From the NCBI GenBank assembly GCA_937886445.1, contig CALGBY010000105.1:2586-34585 (forward strand): a DNA stretch of 32,000 bases. Reading direction: 5' to 3'. The translations under genes and the position numbers were made by a program. The notes below the pieces were generated by a model that was not told where the DNA came from, searched no databases, and saw nothing but the letters and a program-made list of their open reading frames with translations. The stretch comes from an uncultured Clostridia bacterium (lineage in GTDB: Bacteria > Bacillota > Clostridia > Christensenellales > Aristaeellaceae). This document shows positions 22,508 through 31,679 of this stretch, one piece after another (positions within the stretch are counted from its first letter, which is position 1; the number at the start of each line of letters is the position of its first letter).

Positions 22508-25084
22508 TTACGCGCCGTACAGGCGGTAAGCGGAGGGATGCCTGCGCAGCTCCTCCTCAAGCCCTGCAAAGGTATCCGGCATGCTTTCCGGGATCAGCGC
22601 GGCGGTGACCATGACCTTCAGACACCACTGGGCGGTAAAGTTGGTGGTAATCCAGGGGATCTCAAGCAGCTCAGTACCGTCCTTCCGCGTGCCGTACACC
22701 GTGGGGCAAAAACCCTCCGGGTGCTCCTTTGAGTACAGCAGGGCAAGCAGCTCTCTCCATACAGCGCGGGCCATGTCCGCATCCCTCCGCTTCCTCGCGG
22801 CCCACGCCTGCATCTCAGCGGAGTATATGGGGCTGCCGAACTGCCTTTTCTGCAGCAGTCCCTTTGACCTTTCATTGCGCTCCTCCGGCGAAAGGAAGAA
22901 ATACAGCCCGTTTTCGGTAACCAGCCTTTCAAGTGAAGTGCTCCCCAGCATATCCGCCGTTTCCAGCCATACCTCCGGCCCGCCCATGCAGGCCTGCAGG
23001 TGCATACTGCCCTCTCCCGTCATTTCGCCGGTATACCGCAAAGCGCCCGTTTCCGGGTCAAAACCGAACAGCGGCCCGGAAGTAAGCCCCAGCGGCGTTT
23101 TCTCAAGGCAGGAAACGCCGTTTTCTATTTTCTCACGCCACCGGGGATCCGGCGTGCGCTCATAGGCGGTCATCCAGCAGGAAACCAGCGCCGCCCAGTC
23201 CGGGCCGGTGCGCAGGCGCAAGCCGCCCCCCTCTGTGTACCAGGGCAGGTTTTCAAGGCAGTCCGCAGCGGAAAGGCTGTCCTCCATACAGTCTCCGATG
23301 CGCCTGTCCCCCGTCAGGTAGTACAGCGGCCTGTGATGTCCTGCCATCGAGACGCGCGGCTCCTTGCAGGGGCAGCCCCAGTGGCGCACATTGTGGCGCG
23401 AGCCCAGACCCTTCATGGGTCCGAAATGATACATATCCACATCAGCCGAGTGACGGCTGAGCGCCTCCGCCATGCGGAACACCCGCTCGCTTCCCGTGCG
23501 CAGAAAATACAGCCACAGCCAGTAGGTGGGGGCAAGCTCCGTGTTATCCCACGCGTAACCGCCCACATCCCAGCGCCACATATGCCTTGAGGCCTCGTAG
23601 GTATGCATCAGGTCTCCGTAGTTGAATAGCCCGTACCAGCTTCTCGCCTCCGTTTCGGCTTCGTAAAAGCGGAAGGCAGCGGCAAGCTGATCCTCAGTCC
23701 AGCGTGCCACCTCGCTGCTCCGCTCCGGAAGGCTCCAGTACCCGAAGGCGCGATGCTCATGATAGTATTCCGGCGCGGCTGTATAGACCGGCGGACGCCG
23801 CACATACTCCGAAAACTCCTCCAGCGCGCCGTCCGCGGTAAACCCGTTATCTGAGCGGACAGCCACGCGGCAGGTCACCGCGATACCGTTCGGATCGGCC
23901 CGCATGTAATCAAACCCCTCATAGTTGCCCATGGGATAGGTGCGCCTGTCATAATGCCGGAAATCATAGGGTTCCGCCTCCGGTGAATAGAACCAGACCG
24001 TGCAGCGGGTGTTTTCGCCGGAAAGGCCCTCCGTTTCCAGCCCTGCCGGGTGCTTCTCCCGGCATTCACGCAGGCAAAAGCTCAGCGTACGCTCCGGGTC
24101 GCTCACCGCCATGGCGCCGGGCGCTGAGATCCCGTGCACGCCATCCAGCCGGCAGCAGTCCTCCCGGGCTTTTTTGCGTATCACAAAGTGCGAAGCGGAA
24201 TCCTGTACCAGCGAAAAATGATCCCAGCGGGGAAGATCCGCGGCCGCCTCGTTCAGCTCCGCCGTTTCCGCCACCGTTTCACCCCGCTGCTGCGCCGCGA
24301 GCAGGGCGGGATCAAGATGCTTTCTCCAATAGAAGAGCTGTGTGGGGTTATCATGATACACCGCCCCGTCCGTCAGAAAGCGGATATGGCGCTGGTAGGG
24401 TGTGCCGGTCAAACGGGTCTCAAACAGCAGTCCCCACCCGGCAAGGCGGTCATGCTCCGCGTCTCCCTGAAAGAAAAAGGTATCGTCAAACACGATCTCC
24501 CCATCGCTCCGCACACTCATGCGTATCCGGAAGGGCATCTTCCGCACGCCGTCCTCCATATGGAAGCCGTCAAAGCAGAACACCGTTTCAAGCGGCCCGC
24601 ACACTTCCTGCACGCGGCTGAGGATCCTGCAGGGCAGGGCGCGTACGGTAACGGTGCTGCCATCAGCGGTTTCCGCGGCATGGCTGACCCGCAGCACGGG
24701 GCACACCCGGCTGAAGGCGTTTCTCCCCTTCACAATGCAGTCCGCCGCCAGCGCGTCCCCTTCCCCGGGCACCGTCAGGGTGATGCTTTCTCCGCGGATG
24801 ACCCACCCGGAAGGCAGCTTTTCCGTTGTCAGGCCCCGTGGCCGCGGAGCAGCCCCGGCGCTCAGCTCGCAGCCCGCGCCGATCTGACCCGCCGCGGCAA
24901 GGTGTCGGCTCCATTTGACGGAGCCGTCCGGCCAGCGGGCGGTGATATCGCTCTGCACGGGGATCGTCTCCCCTGTTTCGCCCGTCAGGATGAAATCCTC
25001 CCCACGTACGGTTCCGCGCGGCCAGTAACCGCCGAATGTCGTCCAGCCTTCCGCGAGGCGGTTTTCCAACAGATGAAGCTGCAT
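22508..25084 (-). CDS. Large cytoplasmic polysaccharide-active enzyme candidate, YetA-like (possibly PL26 / exo-rhamnogalacturonan-lyase-like); family assignment tentative
   Basis: The 858-aa ORF has a good RBS (AGGGGGAA) and no signal peptide. Its size and its N-terminal ARWPDGSVKW-type beta-sandwich match my recollection of the Bacillus YetA family. So does a Trp-rich central region (WRWDVGGYAWDNTE, HNVRHWGCPC). Confidence 0.65.
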   Translation of the reverse strand: MQLHLLENRLAEGWTTFGGYWPRGTVRGEDFILTGETGETIPVQSDITARWPDGSVKWSRHLAAAGQIGAGCELSAGAAPRPRGLTTEKLPSGWVIRGESITLTVPGEGDALAADCIVKGRNAFSRVCPVLRVSHAAETADGSTVTVRALPCRILSRVQEVCGPLETVFCFDGFHMEDGVRKMPFRIRMSVRSDGEIVFDDTFFFQGDAEHDRLAGWGLLFETRLTGTPYQRHIRFLTDGAVYHDNPTQLFYWRKHLDPALLAAQQRGETVAETAELNEAAADLPRWDHFSLVQDSASHFVIRKKAREDCCRLDGVHGISAPGAMAVSDPERTLSFCLRECREKHPAGLETEGLSGENTRCTVWFYSPEAEPYDFRHYDRRTYPMGNYEGFDYMRADPNGIAVTCRVAVRSDNGFTADGALEEFSEYVRRPPVYTAAPEYYHEHRAFGYWSLPERSSEVARWTEDQLAAAFRFYEAETEARSWYGLFNYGDLMHTYEASRHMWRWDVGGYAWDNTELAPTYWLWLYFLRTGSERVFRMAEALSRHSADVDMYHFGPMKGLGSRHNVRHWGCPCKEPRVSMAGHHRPLYYLTGDRRIGDCMEDSLSAADCLENLPWYTEGGGLRLRTGPDWAALVSCWMTAYERTPDPRWREKIENGVSCLEKTPLGLTSGPLFGFDPETGALRYTGEMTGEGSMHLQACMGGPEVWLETADMLGSTSLERLVTENGLYFFLSPEERNERSKGLLQKRQFGSPIYSAEMQAWAARKRRDADMARAVWRELLALLYSKEHPEGFCPTVYGTRKDGTELLEIPWITTNFTAQWCLKVMVTAALIPESMPDTFAGLEEELRRHPSAYRLYGA

Positions 25085-25114
25085 ATCGCGTTTTCCCCCT
25101 GTGTTTTTTTGACC

Positions 25115-25143
25115 ATTATATACCCGGCCGGGACTGATAGCAA
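25115..25143 (-). promoter_or_regulatory. Candidate promoter of the YetA-like gene
   Basis: On the minus strand there is TTGCTA (25143-25138), a 17-nt spacer, and TATAAT (25120-25115). It lies about 30 nt upstream of the ATG at 25084. Confidence 0.45.
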
Positions 25144-25211
25144 CAAAATGCTGGTTTTGCAGCCGTATTCATGATAGAATGATACTGTAAAAAAGAGAAG
25201 GAGGCGTTACG

Positions 25212-25901
25212 GTGAGCTGCTATGATGATATGCGCGGCGCGCTTGTTTATGAAAACCCGCTATCCTCCCCTCAGGATCTTGAGGATTTTTTGCTGGAGGG
25301 CAGCGCGCGGATGAGCTTCCCCGGGGGGAAGCTGTGCCTTGAAAACGCGCAGAGCGCTATGCTCGGGCAAAAGGCCAATTATGTGCTGTGGTGCAAAAAG
25401 GCCTTCCCGGCTGATCTGCTTCTGGAGCTCAGCTTTCGTCCTCTGCGCGAGCCGGGACTGGCCATGCTGTTTTTTGCCGCCTCCGGCCGTGAAGGGCGCG
25501 GCCTGTTCGACCCCTCGCTGTCGCCCCGTACAGGCGAATATATCCAGTATCACCACGGGGATATCAACGCCTTCCATCTTTCCTTTTTCAGGCGCAAGGA
25601 GGCGGATGAGCGCCGTTTCCACACCTGCAACCTGCGCAAAAGCTACGGCTTTTATCTGGTGGCCCAGGGGGCGGATCCCATTCCGGACGCCGCGGACGCG
25701 GATGAGCCCTATCTGCTTTCCCTGCTGAAAAGCGGCCCGGAGATACGCTTTGCCGTGAACGGGCTGGAGGTGCTGCGCTATCACGATGACGGCGTGAGCT
25801 GCGGCCCCCTGCTGCAGGGCGGATGTATCGGGCTGAGGCAGCTGGCCCCGATGGCCGGGGAATACAGCGGACTGCGTGTTTACAGCCTGAAGCAGCCGTG
25901 A
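25212..25901 (+). CDS. DUF1961 (YesU-like) family protein
   Basis: The start is GTG at 25212, preceded by GAAGGAGG with a 7-nt spacing. The 229-aa length fits. The profile is concanavalin-like (NYVLWCKKAFP, INAFHLSFFRR, IGLRQ), as in DUF1961 proteins of pectin/rhamnogalacturonan loci. Confidence 0.7.
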   Translation: MSCYDDMRGALVYENPLSSPQDLEDFLLEGSARMSFPGGKLCLENAQSAMLGQKANYVLWCKKAFPADLLLELSFRPLREPGLAMLFFAASGREGRGLFDPSLSPRTGEYIQYHHGDINAFHLSFFRRKEADERRFHTCNLRKSYGFYLVAQGADPIPDAADADEPYLLSLLKSGPEIRFAVNGLEVLRYHDDGVSCGPLLQGGCIGLRQLAPMAGEYSGLRVYSLKQP

Positions 25902-25938
25902 CGAAAAGCGGGCATGCCCCGCAGAAAAGGAGCAGAAA

Positions 25939-26478
25939 ATGATCCGTACCGAAAGGCTCACCCTGCGGCGTTTTTCAAAAAGCGATATGAAAGCGCTGCA
26001 GCGCATCTTTACAGACCAGGCATCCTCCCCCTACGCGAAATATGACACGCCCAAGGCGACCGATGATGAAAGCGTGGCGGCACGGGCCGCGCGCTGGGCC
26101 TCCTTTTCGGAAAGCGAAGAGCATATGTTTTTTTCTGTTTGCCTTGAGGGAGAAATGATCGGCTACATCGCGATGAACAAAAGAGAGGACGGCTATGAGA
26201 CCGGCTTCAACTTCATGCGCGCCCATCAGGGAAAGGGCTATGCCCGGGAAAGCATGACAGCGCTGCTTGACGGGCTGCAAAAAGCGGGAGCAAGCAGGGT
26301 GACGGCGGGTACTGCACAGAACAATACACCAAGCGTAAGGCTGCTGCTCGCCTGCGGCTTTGTTAAAACGGGAGAAGAGGATGTATCGTTTAACAAAGAT
26401 GAAAACGGAGCTCCCGTTGTATTCAAAGGCCTGCTGTTTGAAAGGAAGCTGAACACAGAAGGAACAAAAGCGCCGTGA
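25939..26478 (+). CDS. GNAT family N-acetyltransferase (RimJ/RimL-like)
   Basis: The N-terminus MIRTERLTLRRFSKSDMKAL is typical of the RimJ/L subgroup. The core reads HQGKGYARESMTALL. AAGGAG lies 7 nt upstream of the start. Confidence 0.85.
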   Translation: MIRTERLTLRRFSKSDMKALQRIFTDQASSPYAKYDTPKATDDESVAARAARWASFSESEEHMFFSVCLEGEMIGYIAMNKREDGYETGFNFMRAHQGKGYARESMTALLDGLQKAGASRVTAGTAQNNTPSVRLLLACGFVKTGEEDVSFNKDENGAPVVFKGLLFERKLNTEGTKAP

Positions 26479-26503
26479 GACGCGCTGAGGGAGGAAACAG
26501 GCA

Positions 26504-27433
26504 GTGATATTCAAAGGCTATGAAAAGCACTTTTCCACAGTCAATGACGGGCAGTATGAGCTGATCAGCCGGTTCTGGGACCGGATGAGCGCCGTGTACG
26601 GCCGAGAAAACCTGATCGGGCTGGGCTTCGGATGGACGGAAAATGAGATCACATACGCCATCGGCCTGAAGAACATGCAGGAACCGGGCAGGGGCTGCCC
26701 GGAGGAAAACGCCGTATACAAAGAGATCCCGCTGCCGGAGGACGAATGGAGCACGGTGGACGGAAGAACAGATGCGCTTTCAGCGCTGTACGGCGGCATC
26801 TATGAGGACGGGCCGCTCACCTTTGAAACAGAAGAGTTTTTCAATGACGGGCGCTGCCGCATCCGCTACAGGAGAGACGCGGAAACGCACGGCCTGCATA
26901 CCGGAAAGGCCGGGGCGGCGCGGCTGCTTATGCGCTCCAGGCACAGCTACCGCGGCACTTTTTCCGCGAGGCCGGTGCCCCGTGAGGACCTTGCCGCCAT
27001 CATGGAGGCGGGCATGGACGCGCCGTCAGGCTGCAACAAGCAAACCGTATCGGCAGTCGCGGTGACCGATCCGGCAAGGGTAAAGGAGATCCTCGCGCTG
27101 ATCGACCCGCCCGTAGCCCAAACGGCGCCGGCACTGATCGTTGTATTCACACGCAGGATCCCCGCCTACCGGGACCGCTGCTTTGCCGTGCAGGACTATG
27201 CCGCGGCCATCGAAAACATGCTGTTGATGATCAGCGCGATGGGCTACGCCTCCTGCTGGTATGAAGGTCATATCACCGATGAGGACCGCATCTGTGACCG
27301 GATCGCGGCGGCGCTGGGCATAAATGACGGCAGAGAAGCCGTGTGCCTGCTGCCGGTGGGCGTGCCCGCGGAGGAAGCGCGCGTGCCTGCCAAACGGCCG
27401 TACAGTGAAAGGATCCGCTTTGACGGAGAATGA
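26504..27433 (+). CDS. Fusion protein: N-terminal GyrI-like small-molecule-binding domain plus C-terminal nitroreductase domain
   Basis: The start is GTG at 26504 after GGGAGGAA. Residues ~1-125 (FWDRMSAVYG...YAIG...IPLPEDEWSTVDG...LYGGIYEDGPLTFETEEFF) look like a GyrI-like/effector-binding fold. Residues ~140-309 (RHSYRGTFSARPVPREDL...APSGCNKQ...CWY) are nitroreductase family. Confidence 0.75.
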   Translation: MIFKGYEKHFSTVNDGQYELISRFWDRMSAVYGRENLIGLGFGWTENEITYAIGLKNMQEPGRGCPEENAVYKEIPLPEDEWSTVDGRTDALSALYGGIYEDGPLTFETEEFFNDGRCRIRYRRDAETHGLHTGKAGAARLLMRSRHSYRGTFSARPVPREDLAAIMEAGMDAPSGCNKQTVSAVAVTDPARVKEILALIDPPVAQTAPALIVVFTRRIPAYRDRCFAVQDYAAAIENMLLMISAMGYASCWYEGHITDEDRICDRIAAALGINDGREAVCLLPVGVPAEEARVPAKRPYSERIRFDGE

Positions 27434-27466
27434 GACCGGAAACCGGTTTGCTTATCCCGGCCGCCG

Positions 27467-27495
27467 TTGCAAGGATGAGCGGCGAATGGTAAAAT
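27467..27495 (+). promoter_or_regulatory. Candidate promoter for the downstream plus-strand genes
   Basis: TTGCAA (27467-27472), a 17-nt spacer, and an extended -10 TGgTAAAAT (TAAAAT at 27490-27495). A small hairpin ACCGGaaaCCGGT lies just upstream, after the preceding stop codon. Confidence 0.5.
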
Positions 27496-27534
27496 AGAGC
27501 GTACTGAGAATACCTGACGAACGGAGGTAAATGC

Positions 27535-28359
27535 TTGAACAGGATCTGTTTCGGAATGCCCACCCTGATCGAAAACAGGGATCTTGCGGAGAATATTTCT
27601 CTCTGCCGGGAGCTGGGGCTGGACTTTATTGAGCTGAACATGAATTTTCCGGAGTTTCAGCTGGATTCCATGCCGGACGCGGATGAGCTGAAGCGCGTGA
27701 AGGAGGAATACGGCCTCTTCTTTACCCTGCATCTGGATGAAAAAATGAACGCGGCGGATTTTAACCCGCTGGTGAGACAGGCGTATACCGAAACCGCGCT
27801 GCGCGCCATAGAGCTGGCCGGGGCGATCTCCGCCCCGGTGATCAACATGCACATGAACCCCGGCGTATACATCACCCTGCCGGACAGGAAGGAATACCTG
27901 TACGCGAGAGGAAAGGATATTTATCTCAGTTACCTTGCTTCCTTCCGGGACCTGTGCACAGAAAAGATCGGAAACAGCAATGTGAAGATCTGCGTGGAAA
28001 ACACAGATGGCTGGCGGGAGTTTGAACGGGAGGCCGTGGATATGCTGCTGGAAAGCCCCGCCTTCCGCCTCACCTGGGATATAGGTCATTCCAAAGCGAC
28101 AGGCGAAAAGGATCTTCCGTTCCTTACCGCAAGAGAGGACCGGCTTTATCATTTTCACATCCATGACGGATCTGAGACCCCTCCCCGCAATCATCTCGCG
28201 CTGGGTGACGGCTGCATTCCTCTTGAAGAACGGCTCGCGCTGGCCGCGAAGCATGGCTGCCGCTGTGTGCTGGAAACAAAAACGGTACAGGCGCTGCGCA
28301 CGAGCGTGCGCTGGCTGAGAGAACGCGGCTATATGGACAGGAACGGAGCGAACGGGTAA
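27535..28359 (+). CDS. Sugar phosphate isomerase/epimerase (xylose-isomerase-like TIM barrel)
   Basis: The likely start is TTG at 27535, 7 nt after GGAGG. The next in-frame ATG is at 27556. Family-typical motifs are FIELN, INMH, CVEN and the metal-site segment HFHIHDG. Confidence 0.8.
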   Translation: MNRICFGMPTLIENRDLAENISLCRELGLDFIELNMNFPEFQLDSMPDADELKRVKEEYGLFFTLHLDEKMNAADFNPLVRQAYTETALRAIELAGAISAPVINMHMNPGVYITLPDRKEYLYARGKDIYLSYLASFRDLCTEKIGNSNVKICVENTDGWREFEREAVDMLLESPAFRLTWDIGHSKATGEKDLPFLTAREDRLYHFHIHDGSETPPRNHLALGDGCIPLEERLALAAKHGCRCVLETKTVQALRTSVRWLRERGYMDRNGANG

Positions 28360-29112
28360 ATGACGAAGCTGCTGCTGCTGAACGCCGTTTTGCTGTGTAT
28401 TCTTGTGCCGGCGGCGGTGCTCAGCGTAAAAAAAGTAAAAAGCGAAAAGGGCAGAGCGCGGCTTTTGCTGCTTGCTTCCCTGCTTACAGTGCTGTGCCAC
28501 TATTCCTCCCTGCTTTATCATGCCGCGGGAGACGGAGAGGTGCTGCGCTACCTTGAATACAACCCCAACCTGATCCTGCCCATATACCCCTGCAACGCGG
28601 TCATGTGGTGCTGCGTGATCTTCGGCTTCATGAAAAACAAAAAGAGCCGAACGGGGCACTTTCTCGCGGATTATATTTTCTGGTTCGGCCTGCCGGCCTG
28701 CGCGTTCGGCATGCTGGTGAATATCGATTTTCTGCGTGACCCCGATCTTTCAAACTTTGATGCCGTCAAAAGCACCGTAGCCCACGCGTTCATGCTATAC
28801 AATGTGCTGCTTCTGCGCCCGTTCGGGCATGTGAAAACAGAGCTCAGGACCAATATGCTCCATATCCTCATCGCGGAGGGAATGATGCTTCTGCTGGGGC
28901 TGTACTGCACGCTGGTGTTTTGGGTGCTTTCGGGAAAGGAAGCGGCGTACAGCGTGAACTCCATGTTCATTCTCTCTTCCCCGTTTGAAAACTTGCCCTT
29001 CCTCAGGTATCCCGTCATCGCGCTGGCGGCGCTGGCCGTTTATTTTGTCATACTGACGGTATGCGGCCGCATATCCGGCAAAAGGAAAAAAGAGCAGGTT
29101 CAACGCCCCTGA
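28360..29112 (+). CDS. Polytopic integral membrane protein (possibly YwaF/TMEM164-like; uncertain)
   Basis: The 250-aa protein has about 6-7 hydrophobic segments, with a conserved-looking LPIYPCNAVMW segment. Its ATG directly abuts the preceding TAA stop codon (TAAATG). Confidence 0.7.
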   Translation: MTKLLLLNAVLLCILVPAAVLSVKKVKSEKGRARLLLLASLLTVLCHYSSLLYHAAGDGEVLRYLEYNPNLILPIYPCNAVMWCCVIFGFMKNKKSRTGHFLADYIFWFGLPACAFGMLVNIDFLRDPDLSNFDAVKSTVAHAFMLYNVLLLRPFGHVKTELRTNMLHILIAEGMMLLLGLYCTLVFWVLSGKEAAYSVNSMFILSSPFENLPFLRYPVIALAALAVYFVILTVCGRISGKRKKEQVQRP

Positions 29113-29196
29113 AGCACAAAAACATATACCATGTCATAAAAATTCCGGCTGTGCTGCCAAAGCGCGGCGCCGCCGCAGGATAAAGGAGAAATGCTT

Positions 29197-30657
29197 ATGC
29201 CCTGTACTACCATTCTTGCCGGAAAGCTGGCCACCTCCAACGGTGCCACGATCATCGCCCGCAACGATGACGGCGGCTTTGACAACAAAAAGGTGATCGT
29301 CGTACTGCCGGGGGATCAAAAGCGGAAATACAAAAGCGTGATCTCCCATCTGGAGATCGAGCTGCCGAAGGATCCGCTCCGCTATACCGCCGTGCCGAAT
29401 GTGGATCTGAAGGACGGCCTGTGGGCCGCCTGCGGCGTAAATGCCGCCAATGTTGCGATGACGGCCACCGAAACGCTTACCACCAACCCCCGTGTGCTGG
29501 CGGCGGACCCCTATGTGAAATACATCCCGAAGGATAAAAAGAACAAAACGGAAAAGGCCGGCGGTATCGGAGAAGAGGATATCGTGGTGATCGTGCTGCC
29601 CTATATCCGTTCCGCCCGCGAGGGCGTGGAGCGGCTGGGCATGCTGCTTGAAAAATACGGCACCTATGAGCCCAACGGCATTGCCTTCAGCGACAAGGAC
29701 GAGGTGTGGTGGCTGGAGACCATCGGCGGGCATCACTGGATCGCGAAGCGCGTGCCGGATGACCGCGTGGTGATCATGCCCAACCAGTTCGGCATGGACA
29801 GCTTTGACTTTGATGACGCCATGGGCGAAAAGAAGGATCACCTCTGCTCCGCCGATCTGATCGCCTTTACCCGTGAAAACGGCCTCGACCTTTCAAACAG
29901 CGGCACATTCAACCCGCGTCTGGCCTACGGCTCCCATTCGGACGCGGATCATGTATACAACACCCCCAGAGCCTGGTATATGGCGCGCCGCCTGATCCCG
30001 CACGCCTGCAAATGGGACGGGGAGGATGCACGTTACACTCCCGAAAGCGATGATATCCCCTGGTCCTTCGTGCCGGAAAACAAGATCTGCATCGAGGATG
30101 TGAAGTACCTGCTTTCCAGCCATTACCAGGGAACGCCCTATGACCCGTATGCCGCCTCCTCCCCGCTGAAGGGCAAATACCGCTCGATCGGTGTGCCCAA
30201 CAGCGATGACAGCGGCATCCTTGAGATCCGCGGCGACCTTCCGGAAGAGATCCGCGCGGTGGAATGGATGAGCCTGGGCGGCAGCGCCTTTACCGCCTGC
30301 GTTCCCTTCTATCCCAATGTATCAAAGCTGCCCGCCTATATCTCTTCAGGCCGGGAGCAGGTATCCACAGATTCTCTGTACTGGGCAGGACGTCTGATCG
30401 CCTCCCTTACGGACGCGCACTACAATTCCGCCCTGATCCTTGACGAACGCTATCAGAACGCGGTGTTCAATACCTGCCGTCAGATCATTGCGGAATATGA
30501 TAAAAAGTGCGCGGAGGATCCTTCCGAAAAGCTTCGCGAGGAGGCCAACGAAAAATCTCTGGCCGCGGTAAAGGAAGAGTCTCTGAAGGTGCTTGAAAAG
30601 CTGCTGGCTAACGCCGGTGAGCATATGAAAACGCGCTATCACAGAGGGGATAACTGA
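29197..30657 (+). CDS. C69-family dipeptidase
   Basis: The N-terminus MPCTTILAGKLATSNGATIIARNDD carries the nucleophilic Cys typical of peptidase C69. I chose the ATG at 29197, 8 nt after GGAG. The track start at 29191 lies only 2 nt from the RBS. Confidence 0.9.
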   Translation: MPCTTILAGKLATSNGATIIARNDDGGFDNKKVIVVLPGDQKRKYKSVISHLEIELPKDPLRYTAVPNVDLKDGLWAACGVNAANVAMTATETLTTNPRVLAADPYVKYIPKDKKNKTEKAGGIGEEDIVVIVLPYIRSAREGVERLGMLLEKYGTYEPNGIAFSDKDEVWWLETIGGHHWIAKRVPDDRVVIMPNQFGMDSFDFDDAMGEKKDHLCSADLIAFTRENGLDLSNSGTFNPRLAYGSHSDADHVYNTPRAWYMARRLIPHACKWDGEDARYTPESDDIPWSFVPENKICIEDVKYLLSSHYQGTPYDPYAASSPLKGKYRSIGVPNSDDSGILEIRGDLPEEIRAVEWMSLGGSAFTACVPFYPNVSKLPAYISSGREQVSTDSLYWAGRLIASLTDAHYNSALILDERYQNAVFNTCRQIIAEYDKKCAEDPSEKLREEANEKSLAAVKEESLKVLEKLLANAGEHMKTRYHRGDN

Positions 30658-30674
30658 GAAAGCCGGATGTGTAA

Positions 30675-31667
30675 ATGATACCAGTGTATTTCGCCCCCAT
30701 GGAGGGGGTCACGGAAGCGGTGTACCGGAAGGCGCATTTCATGTGCTTTCCGGAATGCGCCGCGTATTATCTGCCTTTTGTAAGCCCCACGGTACACCTG
30801 TGCCTGAACGGAAGGGAAAAACGCAATGTGCTGCCTCAGTATAACGCCGGTATGCGCTGCATCCCGCAGGTACTCACAAAGGACGCGGAGCAATTCCTGT
30901 GGGCGGCAGGGGCGTTTGCCGATATGGGATATACAGAGGTCAACCTGAACGCCGGCTGTCCTTCCGGCACAGTGACCGCGAAGGACAAGGGCGCGGGGCT
31001 GCTGAAGCGAGCGGATGATCTCAGACGGCTGCTGGACAGGATCTGTTCCGAAAGCCCGATCCCCGTTTCGGTAAAGACACGTATCGGCTATACATCGCCC
31101 GATGAGTGGGAAGAACTGCTTCAGGTATACGCCTCCTTCCCGCTCAGGCGCCTGATCATTCACCCGCGCACCTGCCGGGAACTGTATTCACCGTTTTACC
31201 TCCACAGGGAATGCTATGAGGAAGCGCTCAGGCGCTGCCCGTATGAGGTGATCTATAACGGCGATGTCTTTTCACCGGCGGACGCGGAGGAGATCGCAAA
31301 AAAATACCCCCGCACAGCCGGCATCATGTGCGGGAGAGGACTGGTGGCCGATCCCGCGCTGGCAAGGGAGATCGGCGGCGGAGAAAGGCTGAAAAAGGAA
31401 GAGGTCATCCGCTTTCACAGCGTGCTTACGGAGGAGCTGCTCAGCGTATACGACCGGCGCATCACCTTTATGAAGCTGCGCGTGATCATGAAAATGCTGT
31501 CCTGTGCCTTTGAAAACGCCGAAAAAGAAGAAAAGCTGATCCGCAAAAGCCGTTCCCTTGAGGAATTGCTGGAGGCGGACAGGCGGCTGTTTGAAAACAG
31601 ACAGCTGAAGGCCGAGGGCGCCTTTGTGCCGGATGAACTGAAAAGCAGACCGTCTCAGCAGTTATAG
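30675..31667 (+). CDS. tRNA-dihydrouridine synthase (Dus) family flavoprotein
   Basis: It has FAPMEGVTE at the N-terminus, NLNAGCPS holding the catalytic Cys, VKTRIGY, and IHPRT. Confidence 0.85.
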   Translation: MIPVYFAPMEGVTEAVYRKAHFMCFPECAAYYLPFVSPTVHLCLNGREKRNVLPQYNAGMRCIPQVLTKDAEQFLWAAGAFADMGYTEVNLNAGCPSGTVTAKDKGAGLLKRADDLRRLLDRICSESPIPVSVKTRIGYTSPDEWEELLQVYASFPLRRLIIHPRTCRELYSPFYLHRECYEEALRRCPYEVIYNGDVFSPADAEEIAKKYPRTAGIMCGRGLVADPALAREIGGGERLKKEEVIRFHSVLTEELLSVYDRRITFMKLRVIMKMLSCAFENAEKEEKLIRKSRSLEELLEADRRLFENRQLKAEGAFVPDELKSRPSQQL

Positions 31668-31679
31668 GGAGCATAAGCA

